Source of the DNA: Fibrobacterota bacterium
GTDB lineage: Bacteria; Fibrobacterota; Fibrobacteria; UBA11236
Length of the DNA stretch: 24,427 nucleotides
Direction: 5' to 3'
Assembly: GCA_043753995.1 (NCBI GenBank)
Contig: JAYUVP010000294.1
Span: 1 to 24,427 of the forward strand
Under the pieces are notes generated by a model. It was not told the origin of the DNA and made no database searches. It saw nothing but the letters and a program-made list of their open reading frames with translations. A program made the position numbers and the translations under genes. Below, in pieces: positions 16,962-24,427 of this stretch (its first letter is position 1; each line of letters begins with the position of its first letter).

Positions 16962-18542
16962 ATGAGCAAGCAAGTCACGATATACGACACCACCCTGCGC
17001 GACGGCAATCAGGCCAAGGGTTTGAGCTTTTCCCTGGAAGACAAACTGGCCATTGCCCGCAAGCTGGATGCCTTCGGCGTTGACTATATCGAAGGCGGGT
17101 GGCCCAATCCCACCAATCCCACCGACATGGAATTTTTCGTGCGCACCAAGGCCATGACCTGGAAGAATGCGCGCATCGCCGCTTTCGGCAGCACTTGCCG
17201 TCCCGGCCTCGCTCCTGAAAATGATCCGGTGCTAAAGCATTTGGTGGGATCGCTAGCCCCCGTGCTCACTATTTTCGGCAAGAGCTGGGATTTGCATGTA
17301 ACCGAGGTGTTACGCACTACCCTGGATGAAAACCTGCGCATGATACACGACACCGTGGCCTATCTCAAGCAGAAAGCTCAGGAAGTGGTGTATGACGCCG
17401 AGCATTTCTTCGACGGCTACAAGGCCAATCCCGAGTATGCCTTGGCCGCATTGCGGGCGGCGAAGCGGGGAGGGGCCGATTGTCTCGTCCTTTGCGATAC
17501 CAATGGCGGCATGGCTTTGTCTTGGGAATTGGAAACCGTTGTGGCCTTGGTGAAAAAGGAAATGGGATGCGAAATCGGCATTCATGTTCACAATGACACC
17601 GGAGTGGCCGTGGCGAATACCTTGGCGGCAGTGCGCGCCGGAGCACGTCAGGTGCAGGGGGTGATCAATGGCTTTGGCGAGCGATGCGGCAATGCCAATC
17701 TCACCGTCATCATCCCGAATCTTCAGCTCAAAATGGGCATGCCGGTGGTACCTCCCGATCAATTGAAAGGCTTGCGTGCCCTGTCTTTGGCCATCGATGA
17801 GATCGCCAATTTATCCGATGACATTAGGCAGCCCTATGTCGGCGAGGCAGCTTTTGCGCATAAAGGTGGCGCTCACATTGATGGGGTTCTCAAGGTGGCC
17901 CGTAGCTTTGAGCATATCGACCCCCTACTAGTCGGCAATGATCGCGATTTCCTGGTAAGCAATCAAAGCGGCACTTCCTTGGTCTGGGACAAGATTCGCA
18001 ATTTGCAGCCTGACCTCGACAAACGAAGCCCTGAAGTGGCTGCTGTCCTGTCGGAGATGAAACAGAAAGAGGATGCGGGTTGGCACTTTGAAGCCGCGGA
18101 AGCCAGCTTTCAAGTCATGGCCCGCCGACATCTTGGCCATTTTCGCGATCGATTTGAATTTTTGGGATTTCGTTCTACTGAAGAGAAGCGCCCCAATGGC
18201 GAGGTGACCAGCGAATTCACCATCAAGCTTAAAGTCGGAGATCAAATCGAGCATACCGCCGCTGAAGGCAATGGCCCGGTTGATGCCATGGCCACCGCCG
18301 TGCGCAAGGCGCTCTTGCGTTTCTTTCCGGAATTGGCCCGTATTGAACTCGTGGATTTTAAGGTGCGCGTGCTCGACACGCATAAAGGCACGGGTGCCGC
18401 CGTGCGCGTCTCCATGCGCTTTCTCGATCACGATAGGCCGGGTGAAGAACCTTACGGAACCTTGGGCGTCAGCGGCAATATTATCGAGGCCAGCTGGCTC
18501 GCCCTCATGGATGGCATTCACTACAAGCTGCTAGCCACCTAG
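16962..18542 (+). CDS. cimA: Citramalate synthase
   Basis: YDTTLRDGNQ, IEGGWP, FGKSWDLHV, YDAEHFFDG, HVHND, GERCGNA, AHKGGAH and a C-terminal regulatory domain (GNGPVDA). The Ile-codon leader supports cimA over leuA. Confidence 0.9.
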   Translation: MSKQVTIYDTTLRDGNQAKGLSFSLEDKLAIARKLDAFGVDYIEGGWPNPTNPTDMEFFVRTKAMTWKNARIAAFGSTCRPGLAPENDPVLKHLVGSLAPVLTIFGKSWDLHVTEVLRTTLDENLRMIHDTVAYLKQKAQEVVYDAEHFFDGYKANPEYALAALRAAKRGGADCLVLCDTNGGMALSWELETVVALVKKEMGCEIGIHVHNDTGVAVANTLAAVRAGARQVQGVINGFGERCGNANLTVIIPNLQLKMGMPVVPPDQLKGLRALSLAIDEIANLSDDIRQPYVGEAAFAHKGGAHIDGVLKVARSFEHIDPLLVGNDRDFLVSNQSGTSLVWDKIRNLQPDLDKRSPEVAAVLSEMKQKEDAGWHFEAAEASFQVMARRHLGHFRDRFEFLGFRSTEEKRPNGEVTSEFTIKLKVGDQIEHTAAEGNGPVDAMATAVRKALLRFFPELARIELVDFKVRVLDTHKGTGAAVRVSMRFLDHDRPGEEPYGTLGVSGNIIEASWLALMDGIHYKLLAT

Positions 18543-18563
18543 CGCTTCCCCTTTCATTTTCTG

Positions 18564-18596
18564 GCCATGGCGGCGGTTTTCCCAAACCGCCATGGC
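18564..18596. terminator. GC-rich hairpin after cimA (possible terminator or stabiliser)
   Basis: GCCATG[GCG]GCGGTTT-tccc-AAACCGCCATGGC, without a good U-tract. Confidence 0.4.
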
Positions 18597-18632
18597 TCCG
18601 CTCTTTCCCTCAAATCGTAAAGGATTTAAAAT

Positions 18633-19397
18633 ATGTCACAGCAAACCTGGAATGCCGAAACTTATGCGCATCATGCGCGCTTCGTGCCCGAGCTAACGGA
18701 GGCCATAGTGCAACTGCTTTCCCCAAAAGCCGGGGAAAGCCTCCTCGACCTCGGTTGCGGCGATGGCTATTTGACGGCGCGCCTGGCCGAAAAGGTGGGT
18801 CGCATCATCGGTGTTGATTCCAGTCCTTCCTTGGTGGAGGCCGCGCGAAAGCTTGGACTCGACACTCGACTGCTTGACGCGAGAAGTATCGGCAAGGTAC
18901 CGGAATTCGCAAGTGCCTTTGATGCGGTATTCTCGAATGCGACCTTGCATTGGATACAAGATCCCGATACCGTAATCACCGCAGTGTCGCAAGTACTCAA
19001 GCCGGGTGGACGCTTCGTAGGAGAATTCGGCGGTGAACATTGCGTGGCGATGATATGCCAGGCACTGAGCCAAGCCCTGGCGCGTCGCGGTTTCGATTTT
19101 GCCGTCTTGAATCCCTGGTATTTCCCTGCTGCACGGGAATACCGCGCCCGATTGGAAGCCGGTGGCTTTTTCGTCGACTATTGCGAGGTGGTTCCGAGGC
19201 CCACGGCTTTGCCAGGCGAAGTCAAAGGATGGTTGGAGACCTTCGCCCTCACCTTCACGTCGGTTTTACCACAGGAGCAAAGAAGTGATTTTCTCGATGA
19301 AGTCCAGGCCGACTTAAAGCCTCACCTCTGCGATGCGGACGGTCGTTGGACTGCCGATTATACCCGCCTTCGTTTTTGTGCAAGGCTTGCAATATAA
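18633..19397 (+). CDS. Class I SAM methyltransferase, trans-aconitate methyltransferase-like
   Basis: SD AAGGA; WNAETY, LLDLGCGDG, FSNATLHWI, LKPGGRFVGEFGG, ADYTRLRF. Confidence 0.85.
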   Translation: MSQQTWNAETYAHHARFVPELTEAIVQLLSPKAGESLLDLGCGDGYLTARLAEKVGRIIGVDSSPSLVEAARKLGLDTRLLDARSIGKVPEFASAFDAVFSNATLHWIQDPDTVITAVSQVLKPGGRFVGEFGGEHCVAMICQALSQALARRGFDFAVLNPWYFPAAREYRARLEAGGFFVDYCEVVPRPTALPGEVKGWLETFALTFTSVLPQEQRSDFLDEVQADLKPHLCDADGRWTADYTRLRFCARLAI

Positions 19398-19442
19398 AGT
19401 CGTTGGAAAATCCTTTTCATAGCCCTGAGCGCCTCGGTTTCA

Positions 19443-22400
19443 TCAAGGTCGCCAGGCCATGGCCAGACTGGTGTCGGCCATGCCTGGCAATGGCGCAGCC
19501 ACGGTAAATTGGCTGGTATTGGCTTCGGCAGGAGGCGACGTAAGAAGAGGCATGAGGCTGGGAGACATCAGTCGTAGTATGGATACAGGCAAGGAACTGG
19601 TAAAACCGAAACGAGCTGCTTTTTCGCCTTCCACATGAGCAGTCAGTACTCCGTAAAAACGTTCTCCAAGAAAGAAAGCGAAAGTTGCGGTGCGGTTTAC
19701 GACTCGCGATTCGGTTACCTTGCCCCGTTTATCCGTCGTTTCAAAGCGCTGATCGCCCGTACCGGTTTTGCCGCCCAAGGGTATCCACGTGCCGTCTGGA
19801 AGGGGAAAGGCACCCTTGCCTCGCGCCGCCGTCCCCTTTTCCACAACGTCCGTCAAGGCTGGGCGTAGTACCTGGCACAATTCGGCAGGTAATACTCTTT
19901 CTTCTGTGGAATCGGCTCGCGTGAAAACGGTTTCATACGGCGTACCTTCGGCGAAATGCAGTCGCCGCACGGCAACGGCGGGAAGGCGTAGGCCATCGTT
20001 CTGCAATATCCCCAGCAATTCGGCGAGGGCGGCGGGCCGGTCAGCCGAGCTGCCTATAGAGGTCGCCAAGGATGGCACCAGGGAAGGGAAGGGGTAACCT
20101 AGACGTTTCCAAGCCTTATGGATGGCGAGAAAGGCCTCGGACTCCATGACAGTTTTGATGCGAATGTCCTGGGCGCTACGGTAGCGCGTGCGGAATAGCC
20201 ATTGATAGGTGGATTGGATTTTTTCCCGGCTTTGTTCGCGTACATTGGCCCAGATTTGGCCGGGGTTTTGGTGCAAATAACCCGCGAGCCAAAGCTCCAA
20301 GGGGTGCACGCCGGCGAGATAGCCCCAGTCGGCCAGAGTATAACGAGACACGTCTCCGACTCTTTGCAGGGCTCCTTCCAGGGTTTTGCGTGCATAGCCT
20401 GAATCTTCGAGTTCCTTGCGCACAAAGGCCACAAAACTGTCGCTGGGGGCCTCCGGTTCGAGGTAGCGCCAAGCAGCCGCCATTCGCTTGGGGGACCTGC
20501 GCAAGGCATGAAAGAGTTGCACGCGTGGAGGAATGGAGTCGCGATCGCGAAATCGCTTGTAAAACCCGCTTAAAAATTCCAAGCCTTCACGCTCGGCAAA
20601 TAGGGCAAGATAATGTTGGCGATTGGCGGCATTGGCCGTGTCGCCCATGGCCACATCGGCGCCAGGTCCATGGGTCAGGTGATAATTCACTAAATCGCGC
20701 ATCATACGAATGAAAACCAAATTCACGGAATTGCGCAGGGCCTCACGTACGGTCAAAATTTTTCGATCGTCACGAGTATCAAAATTAACGAAGGTGTGAA
20801 GGCCGCCGCCGGTGAAAAAAGTTTCTTTGGGGCTTGCCGAATAATTCCGGTCGAGGGCAGCATTCAATTGCGCCGTCAAGCTGGTGTCGGCCGCATGTGC
20901 GCGCCAATCGGCGGCCCAACGCGAAAGGGCATCCGGCCCGCTTTCAGCCTGGGTTTTCAATGTCTCCGCTGGTACCGAGGAATAGCGGCGATGCAAGTCT
21001 GCCATGATTTCCAGGTAGTGCACCAGAGTCCGCAATTTGGCCGTCGAACCCAGGTCGAGCTTGACGCCTTCATTGATGCTGAAGGGCTGATCGAGATTGT
21101 CGGCCTGTATGCGCAGCAAATTAAAACCGCCTACGCGTTCATAAAGCGTGAAGCTGTAAATGACCTGGCTGGGATCCCCTTTTTCCAGCAATCGAAACGA
21201 GTTCAAACCGGATGCGGCCACATATTTCGGATTGGCCAGGTTCCGAAGTACTTCGGAGACCTGCTCCTGAGTGGATCGGTCCAAGGTGGTGGTGACGGTT
21301 AAGTCTAATCGGTCCAAATCGTATAAGCGAGGCAAACCAAGCACATCGAGCAGGCGGGCGCGCACGCCATTCACCGCCTTCCTTTCCGCGAAGTCTATGG
21401 GTTGGAAAGGAGCTGCGCGCCGAAGCAAAACGGGCTTGGCATCCAGGGCGGCGTCGCGCAATTGCGGCGCGATGCCGCCTTGATTCGCCAACAGACGCAA
21501 ATGGCTTTCGCCTATGGATTGCAAGGCATCGCGATTCTGCAATAAGTACCCGCTGGGACGGCGATGCGCGATGAACAAATGCAGAATGCGCCTAAAATCC
21601 TCGCCCATATGCCGCATGTCGGCGCCGCTGTCAATTCCGGCCGCGTTGGGGCGACCCTGGGGATGCCGTAAATGCGCATTGACGCTATCTACCGGGACGC
21701 CATACCAGGCTAAGAGGCCATCGCCCAACCCATTGACTTCTCCATAGCCCGGTAACGCCGCCAACGGAACGGTATTCACATAATCGAGCAGGATACGCTT
21801 GCGGGCGTCCAAGGTATTGGGCCCGCTTTGATAGGCACGCAAGCTCGCTGAAATCATTTGCCTAATTTTGTCTTCTGGCTTAAGGGTGACGCCTTCGCCG
21901 CTATGCCGATATTTTTCCATTTGGGTGGCAAGGGTGCTGCCACCGGCGACATCGACATTCTGGCCCAATTTCCGTCGCCCATAATTCACCAAGGCATGCA
22001 GGAACCGGCCCCATTCGATGGCGGGGTTCAGCGACGGGCGACTTGAATCCAGCAAGCTGCGATTTTCAATGAAGAGCAAAGCCTGCGCAGCTGGTTTCGG
22101 AATGGAGTCATAGGACAAATAGCAGCGCTGGGGGTAGCGCACTTCGTATAGGGAATGCCCCTCGCGATCGAGCAGCCGTAACCCCGCCTGGGTTTTTTCG
22201 GGATAGGTGGCGTAAAGGCCGTCCTGCACGGCATGCATCATGGCTTGAGAAAAGCGAGCCTGGTCTCGCAACTCAAACCCTTTGCGTTTTAAAAGGGGGC
22301 TCAGCAAGGACAATTGGGTATAGCCCCGCCTTTCATCTGACGGACCTTGGGCTGGCAAGATCAAGCGAGGGCTCGTTCCTGGGCCCAGTCCAAATTGCAT

Positions 22401-22637
22401 TTGACGGGCCCAAGGGGTGAAGTAGCGAGCGGAGAATGCCCCGGTATTGATCTCATAGGCGACCAAGGCCAGGACACCCACCACCGCTAAAAATGCTGTC
22501 GTTAATCCGGCGAAAATAAGTCGGCGTAGCCACCAATGCGTATGCGATTGGGCGAGAACAAAAGGGTCCCCGGTTGCTAGGACGGCGCGCCTGCCTCGTC
22601 TTTTCCAATGGGGATGGGTTTTGCGTGAAAGAAACAT
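19443..22637 (-). CDS. Large bifunctional transglycosylase/transpeptidase (class A PBP-like)
   Basis: N-terminal TM; GT51-like IENRSL and GGSTLATQMEK; transpeptidase motifs STAK, SVN, KTGTG. ATG 22637 has a GGAG SD and lies downstream of an extended -10. Confidence 0.85.
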   Translation of the reverse strand: MFLSRKTHPHWKRRGRRAVLATGDPFVLAQSHTHWWLRRLIFAGLTTAFLAVVGVLALVAYEINTGAFSARYFTPWARQMQFGLGPGTSPRLILPAQGPSDERRGYTQLSLLSPLLKRKGFELRDQARFSQAMMHAVQDGLYATYPEKTQAGLRLLDREGHSLYEVRYPQRCYLSYDSIPKPAAQALLFIENRSLLDSSRPSLNPAIEWGRFLHALVNYGRRKLGQNVDVAGGSTLATQMEKYRHSGEGVTLKPEDKIRQMISASLRAYQSGPNTLDARKRILLDYVNTVPLAALPGYGEVNGLGDGLLAWYGVPVDSVNAHLRHPQGRPNAAGIDSGADMRHMGEDFRRILHLFIAHRRPSGYLLQNRDALQSIGESHLRLLANQGGIAPQLRDAALDAKPVLLRRAAPFQPIDFAERKAVNGVRARLLDVLGLPRLYDLDRLDLTVTTTLDRSTQEQVSEVLRNLANPKYVAASGLNSFRLLEKGDPSQVIYSFTLYERVGGFNLLRIQADNLDQPFSINEGVKLDLGSTAKLRTLVHYLEIMADLHRRYSSVPAETLKTQAESGPDALSRWAADWRAHAADTSLTAQLNAALDRNYSASPKETFFTGGGLHTFVNFDTRDDRKILTVREALRNSVNLVFIRMMRDLVNYHLTHGPGADVAMGDTANAANRQHYLALFAEREGLEFLSGFYKRFRDRDSIPPRVQLFHALRRSPKRMAAAWRYLEPEAPSDSFVAFVRKELEDSGYARKTLEGALQRVGDVSRYTLADWGYLAGVHPLELWLAGYLHQNPGQIWANVREQSREKIQSTYQWLFRTRYRSAQDIRIKTVMESEAFLAIHKAWKRLGYPFPSLVPSLATSIGSSADRPAALAELLGILQNDGLRLPAVAVRRLHFAEGTPYETVFTRADSTEERVLPAELCQVLRPALTDVVEKGTAARGKGAFPLPDGTWIPLGGKTGTGDQRFETTDKRGKVTESRVVNRTATFAFFLGERFYGVLTAHVEGEKAARFGFTSSLPVSILRLMSPSLMPLLTSPPAEANTSQFTVAAPLPGMADTSLAMAWRP

Positions 22638-22657
22638 GAAGCTCCGGTTCGGGCTAT

Positions 22658-22666
22658 ATTGTAGCA
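22658..22666 (-). promoter_or_regulatory. Extended -10 promoter of the PBP gene
   Basis: Minus strand TGcTACAAT. It overlaps the track's 22667 ATG, which favours the 22637 start. Confidence 0.5.
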
Positions 22667-22743
22667 TCCATGCATCGGCAGAAGATCCGTATTCTCGGCG
22701 CTACCCCGGTAGTCAGGCTACCAGCCCTTAAGGAAATCTCGCG

Positions 22744-23307
22744 ATGAATGCGAAATATCGACCTTCCTCGCGCGGCGAGGCGGCGGCAGAAGAGGGAAAT
22801 GAAGCTTCCCGAATTCCCGGCGGCGTATTGTGGCTTTCTTTCGGGGCTGGCTTGCTTTTTCTTGTGATGGGGGCCCGCTCCGCTCAGGAAGATTTTAAAC
22901 AAGTCTCCAAGCTGATGCATTTATCCAGTTATCAAGTTATGCCTGCCCGGTGGCTCAAGGTGGCCGTGCGTCGCGACACCTCGGAATCCCTAGACGATCA
23001 CTATCCTGATATTCTCTTCGAGTATTTTCCTAATGGGCAAAGTGTATGGGGATGGCGATTATCCTATGAAGATTTGCCACGTCCGAAAAGTTATTGGGAC
23101 ATGAGGCTTAAACCCTACAAGGTCGGCGACACGGTCACCGTATTCTGGGATGGCGAACACGTGCAAGATTGCATAGTGGAGAGAAAGTCCGATGGATTAA
23201 CTCGTCCCCTGCTCAAGGTCGCCATGGGAATAGCTTTCGCCCTGGTCGGCGCGGTATTGACCTTGATTCCTGTCTTCAGTTGGTTTGGGAAATTCTTCAA
23301 AAAATAA
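22744..23307 (+). CDS. DUF3592-like membrane protein
   Basis: SD AAGGA; TM, then a beta-rich domain (YPDILFEY, YKVGDTVTVFWD), then a second TM. Confidence 0.7.
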   Translation: MNAKYRPSSRGEAAAEEGNEASRIPGGVLWLSFGAGLLFLVMGARSAQEDFKQVSKLMHLSSYQVMPARWLKVAVRRDTSESLDDHYPDILFEYFPNGQSVWGWRLSYEDLPRPKSYWDMRLKPYKVGDTVTVFWDGEHVQDCIVERKSDGLTRPLLKVAMGIAFALVGAVLTLIPVFSWFGKFFKK

Positions 23308-23989
23308 AGCCGGCCATGACCGTGGTGATCACGGTTTTGACATCTAGCGTGCCCGATTCATCTATTGAGTTTTGCCCTAGCGAAAACCGCAGTTGAAACG
23401 TACCGAGACCCCACTCAACCCCTCCGCCTATGATAAGGGATTGTTCCCAAGTCGGTAGGTTTTCCTTGGTAATTTGCGGAGTTTCTTCCATCGGGACTAT
23501 CATACCCGACTCGCTAATAGCAATGGTTTCCGAGGTAAAACTCTTGCTGAGCCAATAAGCGAAGGACCAGCCTCCATAAAAAACCGGCTGCACTTCGGAC
23601 TCCGTGGGCACGGTCACTTTAAGCAGGAGGGGGATTTCAAGGACATGGGCCGTGAGTTGATTGACTTGGACCGTATCTTCGGCGTCTTCGTGCCGAAATG
23701 TCCCGTTTTTATTGACGTAAAGCAGGTCGGCTTCAATGCCCAGAAAGGCGGGGAGGTGAAAGGCGTGGGTTAATCCGGTTGTCACCCAAATATGGGTTTC
23801 GAATTCATGGATGTCCTTGCCCCAAAGCGTTGAGCCTGTGACGCCGCCCACTAAGCCCAAGGCCACAGGCTTACGCTCCGCATGGGTAGCTAAAGACAGG
23901 CACAAAAGGCAAAGAATGGCAAGAGAGCCTAAGCCAGTATTTCGCCTAGGGCTGGGTAAATACCCGCAAAAGAGCTGGGAAATCCGCAA
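23297..23989 (-). CDS. Outer-membrane beta-barrel (PorT/OmpA-barrel-like) protein
   Basis: TTG start 7 nt after AGGAGG; signal peptide ending ATHA; EADLLYVNKNG, LEIPLLLK; C-terminal Phe (AGFIF). Confidence 0.75.
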   Translation of the reverse strand: MRISQLFCGYLPSPRRNTGLGSLAILCLLCLSLATHAERKPVALGLVGGVTGSTLWGKDIHEFETHIWVTTGLTHAFHLPAFLGIEADLLYVNKNGTFRHEDAEDTVQVNQLTAHVLEIPLLLKVTVPTESEVQPVFYGGWSFAYWLSKSFTSETIAISESGMIVPMEETPQITKENLPTWEQSLIIGGGVEWGLGTFQLRFSLGQNSIDESGTLDVKTVITTVMAGFIF

Positions 23990-24074
23990 GAAAAGCCCTC
24001 CTCATGAGAGTTTTCATTTTACCCAATAGACGGCAAGGAGCAAGCAAAAAGCGCAGAAAAAAGTACGCAACCAG

Positions 24075-24098
24075 AAAACCGAATGGAAAGCCATTCGG
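24075..24098 (-). terminator. Intrinsic terminator after the XRE gene
   Basis: Minus strand CCGAATGG-cttt-CCATTCGG followed by TTTT, 25 nt after the stop codon. Confidence 0.65.
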
Positions 24099-24123
24099 CG
24101 GAAGATGTGTTTAACGTCGGTTT

Positions 24124-24378
24124 TTAGCCGATCTTGATTTTCAATTCTTTTCCAAGTGCTTTGGCCACGCGGTCCAGGGTCGAAACCTTGATGTCATCGG
24201 CGTGATTTTCAATGCGTGAAATGGCGGTACGCTTGGTTTTCAGGCGCATGGCCAATTCCTCTTGGGAAATATTGGCTGTCTCACGGGCCTTTCTCAGCAT
24301 TTCGCCCACGCGTAAATCATTGCTTTTGGGGGCGGTGGTTTTCTTGGCGGTTTTGGCGGCTTTTTTGGCTTTGGCCAT
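24124..24378 (-). CDS. XRE/HTH_3 regulator with Lys/Ala-rich N-terminal tail
   Basis: SD AGGAG; LRKARETANISQEELA...AISRIEN...STLDRVAKALG. Confidence 0.88.
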   Translation of the reverse strand: MAKAKKAAKTAKKTTAPKSNDLRVGEMLRKARETANISQEELAMRLKTKRTAISRIENHADDIKVSTLDRVAKALGKELKIKIG

Positions 24379-24427
24379 GGTCGGAATCTCCTGGAAGTTT
24401 TCAAGCGGACCGGTGTTCTGGTTGAGC

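Noticed and set aside
16712..17008. 98-aa minus ORF across the cimA leader
   Set aside because: Antisense to the attenuator and cimA start; no recognisable features.
16962..18542. leuA assignment
   Set aside because: FGKSWDLHV and YDAEHFFDG motifs and the Ile-codon leader indicate the CimA clade.
23946..24017. Minus-strand uORF MKTLMRRAFLADFPALLRVFTQP overlapping the barrel gene start
   Set aside because: Its ATG overlaps a TAAAAT -10-like box and its AGGAGG is better explained as the SD of the TTG start at 23989.

Overview
Bacterial chromosomal window, possibly from an FCB-group organism such as Fibrobacterota (weak inference from a T9SS-like C-terminal tail at the left edge and a PorT-like beta-barrel gene). 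I found no mobile element, CRISPR array, rRNA or tRNA. Left to right: (1) a SqrR/BigR-type two-Cys ArsR regulator with a palindromic operator and an apparently leaderless promoter, then a 56-aa DUF6132-like membrane protein missed by the ORF track; (2) a P-loop kinase-like gene with an aberrant G-rich 3' end and an isochorismatase-family hydrolase; (3) branched-chain amino acid genes leuB, ilvE and cimA, interleaved with about 13.7 kb of cell-envelope glycan-tailoring genes. These encode two flippase-like proteins, a YdjC deacetylase, two SAM methyltransferases, a GT2, an AsnB amidotransferase, a GT-C-like membrane protein, and a divergent trio of a YIDPG small protein, a NoeA-like kinase-methyltransferase fusion and an LtaS/EptA-like enzyme; (4) a complete isoleucine-codon leader-peptide attenuator in front of cimA; (5) a Tam-like methyltransferase, a large atypical class A PBP, a DUF3592-like protein, an outer-membrane beta-barrel and an XRE regulator with a Lys/Ala-rich tail. 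The best candidates for undescribed biology are the YIDPG/kinase-MT/phosphoester-transferase module with its lipid-linked sugar pathway, and the Ile attenuator of citramalate synthase. All family calls come from motif recognition by eye; no searches were run.
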